From Lama guanicoe (taxonomy: Eukaryota): 64,000 bases of DNA. The stretch lies in the NCBI GenBank assembly GCA_013239625.1, contig MU054001.1, positions 1,305,884-1,369,883 of the forward strand, written 5' to 3'. The translations under genes and the position numbers were made by a program. Below the pieces are notes generated by a model, which was given only the letters and a program-made list of their open reading frames with translations, did not search any database and was not told the origin of the DNA. Positions 1 through 13,502 of this stretch are shown here, one piece after another. Position 1 is the stretch's first letter. Every line of letters begins with the position of its first letter.

Positions 1-79
1 AGACCAAGACAACTACATGACTTCTTGCAGGGAAATCAATGCATTTGGGAGGCGAGTCGAAGGAAGTCTGCTTCTCTGG

Positions 80-298
80 AGAGGCAGCATGGAGCAATGC
101 TTCCATGCAGACGTTTGGAGGCAGGCTGCCTGGTTCTAACGGTCATTAGTCATTTAAATCAATCAATCTGTGCCTCAGCTATTTTAGCTGTAAGATGGGG
201 TAATACTAGTACCTCCTTATAGGATTACTATAGTCAATAAATGAATTCTATACATCACGCACATACCTGGCACACAGCAAACACAACGTAAGTACTGG
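80..298 (+). mobile_element. MIR SINE (ancient, diverged)
   Basis: MIR core-like ctgtgcctcagctattttagctgtaagatggggtaatactagtacctccttatagga and 3' part cctggcacacagcaaacac. Confidence 0.8.
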
Positions 299-1993
299 TG
301 GTTGAGGGGAGCTGTATAATGTTGATACGTGGCTGTTTTGATCTACAAAAATTATAATTTTATATGATTCTACTTGACATTATTATTTATAATTTTTGAT
401 TCTTTTAAATATGCATTACATGCTCTTGTTTAAGGACTGTAGAGCAGATTAGTATAGAGGGGCTGGCCCTGGAGTTACTACATACAGACATATTAAATAA
501 TTTCAGTATCTATGTGTAGAAAGATCTTATCTTTAGAGAAGAAAGCCAATATTTAGAAATAACTTTGCCAACTAAACCTTGAGACGTGCTTTCGAAATCT
601 ACTTAGCACATGTAACATATAAATCTGCTGGACCAAATCTTTATACAAATGACTGTATTCTGTGTCATAGTAATAATTTTATTAAACCTGGAATTTCAAA
701 GAAATATTAAAAATAAAATAATGCATAAATTAGCATAAAATAAATGATGAAATTTCTTTTGCCAAAGCATCACATACTACACTTTATCCTAAATAAACAG
801 CATGTTTTAAATGTTATGATTATAACATCCATATGACACTTAGGACACAGCTGTAACACACACACATCTGAATATTACAATATTTGCAACCATGTGAAAT
901 AAATCTTTATATTTTAAAAAGGTCACACTGGCCTCAGTTTTAGTTTTTGAATGCTATTATCAATTTTTAAAGGCACTCTATTAAAAACTAGTGAAACAAC
1001 CTCAGCTGAAGTCAATTTAGAAACAGAAGAATATACATAAATATAAAAACAAATCTCTAGTATTAAATACACACACAACTCAAAGAGAGGAGAGACTCCT
1101 AGGAAACGTTGCTATAAATAGTTTGACATTATTACACAATCTTCTCTGCATATCTCATAATGGAAACATTTGCTACGGGTGATTGAAGAAATAAGCAACT
1201 TTGACATTTCTGGATGTAACTTGAGGAGCTTATTTCATCATAAAGGATTGGTATAGAATATACTAACCAACAACTCAATATCAAAACTCTCCTTGCAACT
1301 CTAAAACAGTGCAGAATGACATTTAAGATAATCCATTTATCATCACCCAATACAGGCTGCTTGTTCACAAAATGTCAGCGACAAGACTCGAACATTCCGA
1401 TTCCTGGGCAGTGGGAGCCTGCGACAGGGATCTTTAAGACACCATCAACTGCACTGTCTTATATGCTACTGCTGCACCTTGACTTCAGCTCCCAGAGTTT
1501 TTGCAATTTATATGAGCAGCTGTCCAAGTGAAAGCCTTCTCTTTTGGTCACACCCCACAGAAACATTCCCCTCCGAGGATAATGAAAAGTCTGCATGTTC
1601 GTTTGCAGGTAAGCGATTGCCTCGTGGCGACTTCTTGAGGTTTTTCTGAGCCATCTTGAAAAAGCTCAGTGTTTCAACTCTTAACAATAGCAAGTCTAAA
1701 AATTTACGTAATTCCTTATAATAATACTAAAGGTCACAATGACTCAGATTTATATGCTACACACTCATGCTGCAAGGAGGTTTTGGACAAGGTATCTCAT
1801 ATGCTCTTCATCAGCTCCCTGTAAGGTTAGCCAGAAATGATCAACGTTTCATGGGTGAGGAAAACTGAAGTTGAATTTTCATTTTGTAATTTAAGGCTTA
1901 ACTTTTTTGTTCAAGGCCTCATAGTAAGCTGGAATCATTCAGTGCTGGAGCTCAAATGACCCTCAGGTAAAATTAAGAAGCCTCTATCTAGTT

Positions 1994-2230
1994 CAGAGAG
2001 CACAAACTGATATTCTGTTTGACCAAACGGGGCCCTTAAATCTACACGTCCTGAGATTTTTATTAAAAAAATCTAAGACTCTGACTTTTCTTGAAAATGT
2101 ACCCACACTGGGTCCACACTCTGTAGAGAAGAGAGTGACTGGAGCTCATCACTGCTCCCTTTAAATAAACCGTGTGTTCCCCAGTTCACTAGGTAGTCCA
2201 GTTCACTCATTTTACACTTATTTTACCTAA
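1994..2230 (+). mobile_element. MER102-like hAT-Charlie DNA transposon relic
   Basis: gagatttt...aaaaatctaagactctgacttttcttgaaaatg...cacactgggtcc...ctggagct...gttcactcatttt resembles the MER102 body and the other in-window copies. Confidence 0.6.
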
Positions 2231-3444
2231 AGGAAAATGCATAGATATTAAGTAATAAGTTCAATGTGTTCTGAAAAATGTGTATGCCTGCGTAACCATC
2301 ACCCAAAGTATCCCTGCCCACTCCATTCCCCCAAGGACCCTCCTGCCCCTTCCCAGTGACTTCCCTCCTCACTCATGTTTGTTACTCACGCATCAGCATT
2401 TGAACTGGAAATTCCTGACCTACTTCAAATCTTTTCAGATTCCAGACAGGGAAACTGAACCCTAAGGTGAGGCAGACCCAGAAGGAGAAACCAGGTTCCA
2501 AACTGCTATCTCTAACACCAGCCTCCAGACTAAGCCCTCTCTACCTGTTGCCCAAGAGTTGACCTGAAAGAAAATGCCAAGATGTCATCATTGCCAGCGT
2601 TAGAGAAACACGTGAGATGGGAGAACAATTAAGGCTGTTACTTCACTTGGAATGAATCAGGTTTGGAAGCAGCAATTAAGCAGCAAAAGGGAGTAAGTTT
2701 AGATGGAGACTTTTCTGGGATGGCTACCGTGACCTAGATTTGAGCAAGTTTACTCCCGGCCGTGGCAATGGGCCTGTTCCATCCCCACCATAGGGAGAGC
2801 ATCTAGGGTCAGCCTCCTGCAGTGCAGCCCTGCCACGGTTAAACTCCGAAATGGCAGGAACCCAGAAGCAAAAATAACCTCTGCTCCCTGTGCCAGGCCA
2901 CCTGCTTCTAGTCTAGGGCTGATGATCTTTGTTCAGGAGGCTAAGGGCCATATGGGATCCTGAACCCCTATTTTAAAACACTCAATATGCACGAAATTAA
3001 GCCTGAATGCATTTCTATGTGGTGTTGACCCAGTGCGTTACTTTCTCCATTAAGTATTCTGTTTAAGTTCCCACCTGAGGGTAAAGTATGACAAAAAAGA
3101 GACACAAGTTAATTCCCACTTATATTTGAGAGGTCACAGAGCCAAAGTAAGCAGTCCCACATGGCTTTAAAGACACCAGCGGACACTGGTATTTCAACTA
3201 CCTCAGTATGAGAATTTTCTTGGACTCTCTGTGCACACCAAAGAGTGAGATTCCTCCTTCCTAAAAGTTTGTACTTCCTTCTGAGAAAAGTGGCTCGGAG
3301 GGATGGACAGCCCTGGAATGCAGAGCTACTTCGGATGCAGTAATAAGCACAGCCCCGGGGAACCGTGTAGGTTTTCTTTATCCCCCACCAAGATTTGAGT
3401 CTGTAGCCAATGAGGAGGTGCTACTGCTGAAAGTAACCAATGAA

Positions 3445-3660
3445 AATAATCTGGTCCAGCACCTACCCTTTATAAATGAAGAAGCTGAGGGTCTGAGAGG
3501 TGAACTAGTTAATAACTACAATTTATTACACATCCTGGGTTTCAATACTCAATGTCACTTTAATAACAAACAGGACTTCGTTTTGGTCCCATGCCATCAC
3601 TATGAGGTAAAGAGAAGCACTTCCACTCTGCAGATGAGAAGACTGAGATCCTGAGTGATA
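3445..3660 (-). mobile_element. MIR fragments
   Basis: tttataaatgaagaagctgagggtctgagagg and gcagatgagaagactgagatc, reverse MIR core. Confidence 0.6.
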
Positions 3661-3699
3661 AAAAAAAAACCTCACTTTTGTTCAGAAAAATGAAGTCTG

Positions 3700-3860
3700 A
3701 TACTGGACAAATATTTCAACTCTCTGAGCCTTAGTTTTCTCACCCCTATGGGGATAATAATATTTCCTACCTAGCAGGATTGTTATGAAGATTCAAAACA
3801 ATATGAAGAACACTGAAAAGTATTTCAGCACTCAATCAATTGTTGCTGTTATGCTATTAT
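3700..3860 (+). mobile_element. MIR SINE
   Basis: aactctctgagccttagttttctca...gggataataatatttcctacctagcaggattgttatgaagattcaa. Confidence 0.8.
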
Positions 3861-4429
3861 TAAACAAAAAGTAGAGCCAATAACAGAACCCCCATCTCCT
3901 TACTGGCTCAGGGCCCTTTCCATTAGACCATGCTATGAGAAACTCAGATTATACATCACCTATACTGAAGTCAGAACACGCACAGAGCCCAGTGGAGAAG
4001 GACGAAAGCGGGGAAGCAATGGACAAAAACCATCTAAGACTTGGAGATTAGCTGTTACCAAAAAAAGGGCATCAGGTAATCATCGTCCAAGAGTGGCGGA
4101 TGGGATTTTATTAGACGGCTCTGCCAGAAACCTATTGGCAGATACAGACCTGAGCTTGCGGTTCACCAGACACACAAGAGCCCCTCTTCAGGAAGAGGAT
4201 CCTGCTTGGGCCCTGGCTGGACTCCAAGTTAACGCACGGCTAAAAGCAGCAGCTGCAGCAGTGCTGAGATACGGGGGGCGGGGAGGGGAGCGGCCTGGAG
4301 GAGGGCCTTGCCGCAGAGGCTCTCCCCAAATTACTTGTCAGTTGTTAACAGAGACAACTTTAAAACACACACACAAAAGCAAACAAAACCTCAACAAGAT
4401 TTAGTCTTGGAAAATACAGATGTTGCAAG

Positions 4430-5030
4430 AACAAATACAATCAGTCAACAGGTTTTGGGGAAAATCTCAAATAAATGCAAATTCAAGCATCAGTGAGGTC
4501 TAATTTTCACCTACCAATCTGGGGTGGGAGCAGAATCTCGAAAATATAATAATGCTGGCAAGGATATACTGAAAACTCATACACTCCTATTTCGCTGATT
4601 GCAGTGCAAATTGGTGCAACACTTTTGGAAGGCAATTTGGCAATATGTACTGAAAGCCATTAAAACATTCATATCTTTTGATTAAGCAATCCTCCTTTCC
4701 GATTCTCAGGAACTAATCCAAAATAAGGAAAAAGCAGTATGAGTAAATACGTAATTGCAACATTAGTTATAATGGTGTCAAGTCAAAAGCAACTTAAAAG
4801 TCCAATAATAGGGGAGTGATTTTGCATATTCAATACATTTCCTTGATGGAATATCCTGTCGCCATATAAGGAAACTGCCTATAATCACAGTGTAAGTGAA
4901 AAAAACGCAGGCTCCTGCGGTTACAACTATTTTAAAACACGCACATAAAATGCATCTGCAGTAGACAAAGACTCAAGGGAAATACCCCCAAAACATTAGT
5001 AGTTGTTTGTGGTTGAATTTCCTTCTATTT
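4430..5030 (+). mobile_element. Old L1 (L1ME-like) ORF2 end / 3' region fragment
   Basis: aaattggtgcaacacttttggaaggcaatttggcaatatg...aagtccaataataggggagtg...atggaatat, typical of old L1 3' regions. Confidence 0.75.
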
Positions 5031-5111
5031 AAAAAAAAAAATGTTTCTACGCGGTCAGCTTATTATTTAGGATATTCCCCACTTTGATAAGGTTACTATA
5101 TCATGTATTAT

Positions 5112-5415
5112 CAGAGTGTGCAAGCTAGCAGCCCAGAAGGCACACCTTACTACAGATGAATGTTATCTGGCCCGTGCTGTTTTGAAAAACTGAATTGTCG
5201 GCCGTATTGGAAACTCAGGCAGTTTCACATCTACAGCTTCTACTGAAAACCTGAGGCCTCTTCACATCCCTGCAAGGGAACAACTGGCTGGAGTTAACAA
5301 GGGAGTGGCCCTTGCAAACAGTGTGAGTGCTGGCCTGGTCGTCCCGGCTGCTACAACTCCTGTTTATCTTTTCACCCAGGCCGGCTCCACTCTATCATGT
5401 CACCTGCCCAATTCC
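5112..5415 (+). mobile_element. MER102-like hAT-Charlie relic
   Basis: tgttatctggcccgtgctgttttgaaaaactgaatt...tttcacat...cagcttctactgaaaa...caactggctggagtt. Confidence 0.6.
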
Positions 5416-5500
5416 CAGTCTGTATGATTAAGAGAAAAAAAACCAAACCAAACAAAAAACAGATGTTGAAAAATGGTACCTAACTTGAATCCCTCCCCCC

Positions 5501-5695
5501 TTTTTTGTGTATAAATTGAAGTATAGTTGGTTTACAATGTTGTGTTAATTTCTAGTGTACAGCATAGTGATTCAGTGATACATATATATATTCCTTTTTA
5601 TGTCTTTTTCAGTATAGGCTATCACAAGGTATTGGATACAGTTCCCTGTGCTATACAGTGGGACCTTACTGTTTACCTATTTTATATACAGTAGT
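5501..5695 (-). mobile_element. Young L1 3' UTR end (laurasiatherian/camelid type)
   Basis: T-run then aattgaagtatagttggtttacaatgttgtgttaatttctagtgtacagcatagtgattcag...gttccctgtgctatacagtgggacctt; homologous to 17507-17841 and to 26660-27273 in reverse. Confidence 0.9.
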
Positions 5696-6217
5696 CAGGT
5701 TAAAGGTGAATTACTGTACATTAAGCCTGAGCTTTGGTTGGACTGTTACATCACCAGAAAATCATGGTCCAGTCCACTACTCTCCTCATCACGGCACAGG
5801 TGATCTTGGGGTCTTTCTTACCGACAATAGGACAGCTGGACCCATTTCGTTTCTCGATGCTGGCCATGTTCCTCAGGCAATGTCTCTGCTGCTGCAATTG
5901 GTCTTTTTTCCTTGAAGCTAGTCCCCTTCAAGGCCCTTCTCCAAACTTAACAGGACTACAGAGGCTAACACAGTTTAGACAGCAGTTCACAGTCACCTGC
6001 CTGAACTGCTTCTCTGTATTACAAATCCAAATTATTTTCTGAGCTTTCTGAGACAGAGAGGCAGCATGTTAAAGAAGATGCATTCTTTCTCCCCATACGT
6101 ACTGGAGCTGTGATTTGATAGAACTCCGGCTCTTTTTGCTGCGGGCAGATGTTGGCATCTTCCTTTTCCCAGGGGCAGAGGGGATAGGAGCAAAGCCTGT
6201 GTAGTTGCAACACAGAG

Positions 6218-6259
6218 AGGTGGTATTGGAGGATGTAGGTGGCATTGGAGGATGTAGGT
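6218..6259. repeat. 19-bp tandem duplication
   Basis: aggtggtattggaggatgt / aggtggcattggaggatgt, one mismatch. Confidence 0.9.
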
Positions 6260-9200
6260 ACCATCACGTCTACTGCATAAAGATAGAGTGTAATGAGAAC
6301 GTCTGGGAGCTTGCTGTTTGTAAGTTTCCAGCAAAAAGTCACAAACTACCACTAACACTATATGTTACACTCATTTATACAAGCCTCTGCCAAAGCTATA
6401 ATCTTAGTAGGTAAATTAACTAGAAAACAAGGCAAAAAAAAAAAAAGTACTTTACCATCCTACATGTCTGATCAAATGAAAGCTGAGGGACTGATTCTAG
6501 ACCGAGGACCCTCAGCAAACACCAGGACTCCAGGTGGAATGTCCTTAACTGCTTCCCAAAGCTTGGAAAACTGTTCTTCAGGCAAGAGAGAAGATTTATT
6601 TCAGATGAAGGACAAATGCTGTCCTTTAATTAACAACATCTATCTCTGGGACAAGCACATCAGGTATACAATACAGAAGATTCTTTTAATATAAAGGACA
6701 GATGGCAACTTCACTCCTGGGACTTTCAAGGCTGCCCCAGAAAAACACACAATTTAAAAAGGCTTTGAGAATCCTCTAAGGAGAGCTAGGCAGGAGACAA
6801 GAACGCTTCATTGCCCCATTTACAAAGTAAACCAGAAAGGGTCTCCGAACCATTCAGAAGGACTTGAAGAAGAGCTGGGGAAAGTCGAAGGAGGAAAATA
6901 ATAATGTTTGCCTTGCAGTCGGGTGTGAATCTCGGGAACGGTTTCCTTTCCTCTCAGTCTGAATTCGCACTGGATAGAAGGGGTTGTGACGTGACGTAGC
7001 AACGAACACGTTGGGCTCGGTGATCACGCAGCAAGAGAGCGAACCACAACTTTCAAACCTCCTCTTTATGCTAATACCCAACACGTTCAACCGGGCCACT
7101 TCCACCCAGCTGAGCACCAGGTTCGCTTGGTAGAAGGAGGCTGAGATGAGGTCCCCAGCTCGAGTGCAGTGTCTCTCCTTCTACGGTTCTCATTAATCTG
7201 ACTCCACACACATGTGTTGGTACAAGATTCCTACAGCATGTGCTAGGACTGCCTAACTGGGTGCTAACATTATAAACCACACATCAACACTTCTTGCCCG
7301 GGTGTTAATGTCTATTAATGTCCTGCTGGGGAAAAGGCTCTTAGAGCCAGCCCAGAGCCACAATTCAAGACTGCCTGCTGCAAGTTCTCATCTCGGCGTG
7401 CTGATTTCAGACGGCGTATTTCATTAACAGCAGGGGCCGGGGTGAGCTGGGGATGTGTTAGAGCGCTGTAGTTGGTTTCGAGTTGCTGAGATTATCTTCA
7501 TACAAGAAGCTAAAAAAGCCACATAAATCTGAAGGACTTTAGGGCTGAGGACTTAACCATGTGGAATTTGGCTACTGATACCCCAGATCCCAAATTAGGC
7601 TTTTCTTCTGCTACATTGTGATGGTTTACAGCACAAGGATTGAGGGAGGAAAAGGGCTTGCCAATGTCATGGTGGGTTTCCTTGTCTGCATATTTTCTAC
7701 ACAGCCTCTGAAGTGGTGTACATTTTCCTCAAACTAGATTTCCTAAGTTCCCAAGAGCACATATAACTTGCCTACATATTCAATATGTATATACAGATGC
7801 CACTGTAGGGCTGATAAAGTACATACCATGGATTTCTTTATACAATACATGAAGGATGCCCACAGACACATATACACATGTATATGAAAGCAAACTAATT
7901 AAGTGACAATCTTAATCATTTTGTGGAGTTCCTCCAGCTTTGCTTGGCATCACACAAAGTGCATATCTAAGCCACACAACGCCATTCCTGCAAAAAAAAA
8001 AAAAAGGCATACACACAAGCACAACCGTCAAAACCGGATTTGCCCTTCTCTAAATTAATCCAATTATTCAAATGTCAGTTATATCTGTCACAGCCTGGCT
8101 CCTTGGGCCGAACCAAACTGTTAAAAATTAAAACTGTTTTACTTCGTTTAGTCTTTCTGCCTTTTTAGTGTAAAACCCATGGTCTCGACAAAAAGTTGTG
8201 GGATTTGACACCCAGTGCAACACAACCCTATTGCTGTCATCCATGCATAATTCACTTTGGAAATATGCACTTGCTTTAAAATATTACTAAAATATACATG
8301 TAACATATGCTAATTCCACTGCACTGGCTCGTAAGCTCCAGCCACTAGGTTATATGTAAACTTCGCCAAGTGCATACACTGTACATAAAGGGATTATAAA
8401 TGAAAGGAAATATCTCTGTCCCTAGCTCTCTGTCTCCAGCCTTGGCCAAACTGACAGCCCCAAATCCCAGCACCATCTAACATGCCCTTCCCGTGGAGAA
8501 GACAGCCTGTTCTCAGAGTCTTAATTACATCCCAGCTGACTGCCCAGCATTGCCAAAATCAGGCAACAAACGCTGGCCCTTCACTCACAATATGGTCTGC
8601 TAAACAGACTCCTGGTCACACAGAAAGAAACTTTCACAAGGTGGGGAAATAAAGGGACAAGCAGGAGATCAAGGGAGAGCATAAACAGTAACCTAGGGGA
8701 TGGAAGAGACAGAAACAATTCATCCCCACCACGCAAAAAAAAGAAAAGAGAGAAAAAAAAAAAAAAAAGACCTTCTCTTCCCAGCATCCTTGGGCACCGC
8801 CAGGCAGCAGAATTTTAACAAAGCTTTCCTTATTACGATAAAATCAAAGCCCGGCTCATCCAGCCAAGTACTGCTGCTCCTCGGGATGAGCTGCTGATAT
8901 GAAGACTCAGTAGATTAATGACTGTTAAGCAAGACTCACCCAGCCCACACGGATCAGGCCATTATAATTACACAAGAACAGCATGCAACATTCTACCACT
9001 GCAAATGGTATCATATGTTTTCCCGGCTGGCTTTTTGGGAAGGGTTTAGCTCATCTGACATGGGCAAAAGGTACTAGAGTCTTACGTTCATATCCACCTG
9101 TCCCTCACATCAACATACATAAATTTAAGTTTCTTTCTGTTTGTGATTACATCACGTGTAAATGAAAGCAGAGATGGTCACCAAACTTAGAGGCTATTCT

Positions 9201-9694
9201 TGGTTTGGTCCGACTCTAAATACGGACGAAGGGCGTAAACAAAATTTACTTTAGGGAGTTTTGGAAGGCAGCTGTTCTCCAGAGAGATAGAGACTGAGAT
9301 CAGCAAACGATCCTGAAGTTTGCTAATAGAGACCTGCTGTGTGTATTAGAATGTTGTTATGCTGAGAAAACAAACAGTAGTTTCAAATATGAGCTCCAAA
9401 TCAGAAGTGACAAAGGCAGGTGTTTGGAATTTTACTTGTTGATTTTAGTACTGAAATTGTGTGTCTGGGGGCTCCATTTACTCAACACAACGGGAACAGT
9501 GCCCCCTGGCATTCAGTCATGAACAACCCTGGTAGATTTGCAATTAAGCTGCCTCTCACATGGGCAACTCCACACAGTATGTTCCGAGATGAAGAGGGCT
9601 ATGGACCTAGCTATTTTAATGATGGTAGAGGAGCCTCCTGAACAAAGCAGGGCCAGATAGCTAGTCAAACAGTAAAAATAACTCACAGTGATAA

Positions 9695-9873
9695 GTACAA
9701 TTTCCAAAGCACTTATGCATCCTCACCAAGTTTCTAAATTACTCTATAAGGGTGATATTATTCTTCTGATTTTACCCAGGAGGACACTAAAGGTCAGACA
9801 AGTTAGATAGATGGTTCATCCAAGATGACAGGGTTTCTGACAGCAAAGTTCACACTTTCCCACTGCCCTGTGT
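9695..9873 (-). mobile_element. MIR SINE
   Basis: aatttccaaagcactt...attattcttctgattttacccaggaggacactaaaggtcagacaagtta...ccaagatgacag. Confidence 0.65.
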
Positions 9874-10981
9874 TGCTATTCCAGAAAACACAGGGGAGAG
9901 ACAGAATGAGGGTAACTGAATATTTCACACGTATGGTGCTGGATAGATCAGAACACAAATACCTCAATTTACCGTAAGAGGAGGGGTCAACAGGCACGCA
10001 CTTCAGGCAGGTAGCAAGACGCTGAGGTGCTGAGATGCAGTTCCTGTTAATACTGTCCCTCCTCCCCAGCGCAGCTGTCCTTGCGTGGGGAAGACGAGGA
10101 CACCACTGGTGCCTTTATCAGGGGTTTCAAAGAGAAAAGCAAACCACCCAAGCATGCCATCAGTTAAATAATACAGCTGCTCTCACTAGTATCACTCCAA
10201 ATTCCCTCTTTGTAAAAGAAGTTGATGCCAGTAATTCTTATTATACGGTGTCAACATAATGGGATGTTTTATCAAAGGGCGTCATTATTACAGGAATGGA
10301 GTAACAACAAGGAAATTATTATAATTGTTAGGGTAAATGATTCTGGGACTCATAAACTTGTTTTTTTGGTTGTTGTTTGAGTTTTACCTTATTGAAAATG
10401 CTTAGTTAAAAAGGTTTCATTGTAACATAATCTGAGTTCAGCATGGCTTAGCTAGAAATCATAATCTAATGCCTCATATGCAGCCCTAAAATTAAATCTT
10501 TATACTATTTTATCCTTTGAGCTGGTATAAAGCTATATGACAAGAAAACAATGGATTCAGTATACATTAACAGTGCTGACTAATAGCCATTTCAATGATT
10601 CATTATTTTCTACAGAACTTAAATAATGAAGATTTGGAATCCTGCTTCCATTATAGAAACAGACTGCATTCAAATTGATACCAAACATCCTTTGGGGATA
10701 AATTCACTGCAATTTGAAGTCTGGGAAGGCAACCAAAATATTTAATGGAAAGAACATGGACACATTTAATATGTGCTTAAACAAGAGATTTAAAAAAAAA
10801 TAAGAAAAAGAAAAGAAAGAAAACAACTTTAAAATCCAAGCCAACGGAAAGGGTTTCAAATTATGCTGAGAGGACATCTCTCTCACCAGCAATCTACATT
10901 ATCAACTAATAAAGGAACAGAGAATGAAGCATGTGCTGTGTTCTGGTTCCCTTAAACATACATCTTCCTCAAGGCTGAGGC

Positions 10982-11202
10982 CAAGGGTTGGCAAACTATG
11001 GCCCGTGGGCCAAATCCTGCCACCTGTTTTAGTAAATGAAGAGTTACGGGGACACAGCCTCACGTACTCACTCGTATACTGCTGAGGGCTGCTTTTGTGC
11101 TACAGCAGCAGAGCAGGGCAACTGACAGAGACCACGTGGCCCACGGGGCCTGAAACAGTCACTATCTGAGTTCTTAACAGAAAAAAAATATGCCAGTCCC
11201 TG
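10982..11202 (+). mobile_element. MER58A hAT-Charlie MITE, near full length
   Basis: Begins caagggttggcaaactatggcccgtgggccaaatcc and ends aaaatatgccagtccctg (imperfect terminal inverted repeats); internal gctgcttttgtgctacagcagcagag...acagagaccacgtggccc. Confidence 0.9.
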
Positions 11203-13405
11203 GCCTTGACAAAGACCTACTGTGACCCACGCAGCAAGGATTCTAAATAACCAATTCTATATAACTCGCCCTTATGAAAACTGGTTTACAGTCCAAATTT
11301 GAAGAAATGCACTTTCTTTTCTATCCTGGCAGGGTAAGTGTTCATGGCAGCGACTAAAAGCCCAGCACCGCGTTGGCATTATCATCAGGGACAATGACAA
11401 GGAATTTCAGTACCCGCTTGAAGTTCCTTGCTGAAAGTTCTACTGCTTTCTAAGATCAGAGCGATTCGTCTCATAGAGACCCAAAACTGGTGATTACGGC
11501 TTCAGAAGCAACAGAGCCAGGTTTGAGTCCCACCTTCTAAAATCACTTTAAAAAGGTTAAGTGGGAATCATTACTTTAGCTTTCAGATACCCTACTTCTT
11601 CACTGGTAAAGTGAGGAAAAACCTCTCTGAATTAAGGTGAGTGCAGTGAACTGTAGAGTGAACGCAAGGTCTGAGGCTCTCCCGACTGAGAATACGGGAG
11701 AAGAGGACAGGAATTATTTCAGGATTCGCACGATAAACTCTCAAGAGTCCTTCGCTTGTATGCGCTTCTCTCACCTCATCCAAATATTTGCCATCTTGAG
11801 AATCTTTTCACTCCAGTGACCCGTCTAGAGGCATCTGGATTCCTAATTCTAGAGAGAAGGGGCTTTGTTTTCCTTTAATTTTGCCTTTTGAGGGCCCTGA
11901 TCTCAGTCGTCCTCCCTGCTGCCCTCACCTCAGGAGTCTTTCAAATTCCGACTCTTGTTTCACAGACACTGCTCTAACAACCAACTGTCCGACGAGCTCT
12001 TATGTCAGCTCATTGGCGGAGGTCGCCACCGTGCAATCCACACAAAACGGGTCAAACAATCTAGGCCCCAACAGTAATTCCAAATATACAGAAATATCAG
12101 TTCAGGTAAGATCTGCAGAGATGAGCTTATCACCCATGTTAGTGAGATGCAGAGAAACAGAGACAGAAATATGGAAAAGAATTAGTTCTGGATCTGAAAT
12201 GCACACGTGTAGCTGTTACATAACAACTTTTACTTAGGTTCCTGTGGCATCATTAGGATCCTCAAATACCAAAAACAAGAATAACTGTGCATCAAAAGGA
12301 TCTCTGGGAGCAAGTCAATGTGCGTCTGTTAATATATTGCTTAAAAATGCCCCAAAGTGTTGTATGTCTGGTAATTTAAGAAGCTACAACAAAGATTAGT
12401 CTTGGTTTGGTTTAGTTTAGTTGAAAATGCCAGTTTTTCCTACTGTATTTGAGGGTGAGGAAATCAATCTCCCAGGATTAAAAAAAATATTCTACACTTA
12501 ATATTCTATACCCATTCCACACATTTCATATACAAATGAAAGACTAAGACTTTTTTCATTTTCTCAGAGGCGGAAAGAAAATACATGGTGAACTCCGCTG
12601 TAAATTATAGTGACTCAATTTCAGCAGATTTGAATTTGTAAAACAGCTTACTTAAACAAAGCTTCTATCTGAAATAATGTGGACCACCATACACGCAGTA
12701 TGTTTGAGATCCTATGAGCTAAACGGACTTGCATTTGCAACATAAATCCTCCATCATAAACAGCCTGATACTAGCCATCAACAGTCCAAGTACAGATGTC
12801 TACATCGGGAGAGAAAGCACTGGATAGGCCTTTCGGATGACTTTTTATGGGCCTCCCAGGTATCCTTGTGTCAGGGGATCCATGAACTAGTCTGCAGACT
12901 CTCCCTAGGAACTGGGGGTAGAGTGATGAAGCAGAATCATGATCATCACAAAGCCCTTTGTCTACCTTCCCTTACTTTGAGTTCAAGCTTCTCCCCTTTG
13001 CCTCTAATCAAAATACGGAGTGGAGCCTGTTTTCTGCTTCCTAGTGGGGACAGTGACAAAGCCTTTGGATTCTAAAGATGTGAATATGTTCCTGAAATTG
13101 AAGGAGCCCTGCTATGTCAGGATCTTTGGAGAGAAATTAAAGTGACAACATTATCAGGCTTTCTGTCTTCCCCCCTCACCAAGTATTAACCTGAAGGCAA
13201 GCACAGTACTTCTATGACTAACTGGATGCAAATTCTCATTTTGGATCTGATGGAGCCTTCACCATGAGCTCTGATCACAAGCTAAGCAAACAAGTAAATG
13301 CTACAAAAGACATGGTTTCCTATGCTATCGACTACAGAAAATAGAGGCCTCAGAGATTGCCCAAAAGTCTGAATATGGTTCATACATTATTATGGCAAGT
13401 CTACA

Positions 13406-13502
13406 TTTTTTTTTTAATTTTGTAACGGGGGTACTGGGGATTGAACCCAGGACCTTATGCATGCTAGGCATGGGCTCTGCCACTGGGCTATGCCATACCC
13501 CC
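13406..13502 (-). mobile_element. tRNA-derived SINE, camelid Vic-1-like
   Basis: Minus strand has A-box tagcccagtgg, B-box gggttcaatccc and an A-rich tail; perfect 14-bp TSD atggcaagtctaca at 13392-13405 and 13503-13516. Confidence 0.9.

Noticed and set aside
8940..8998. 59-nt minus-strand exon candidate ending TGG|gtgagt
   Set aside because: Weak pyrimidine tract, length not a multiple of three, no recognisable peptide
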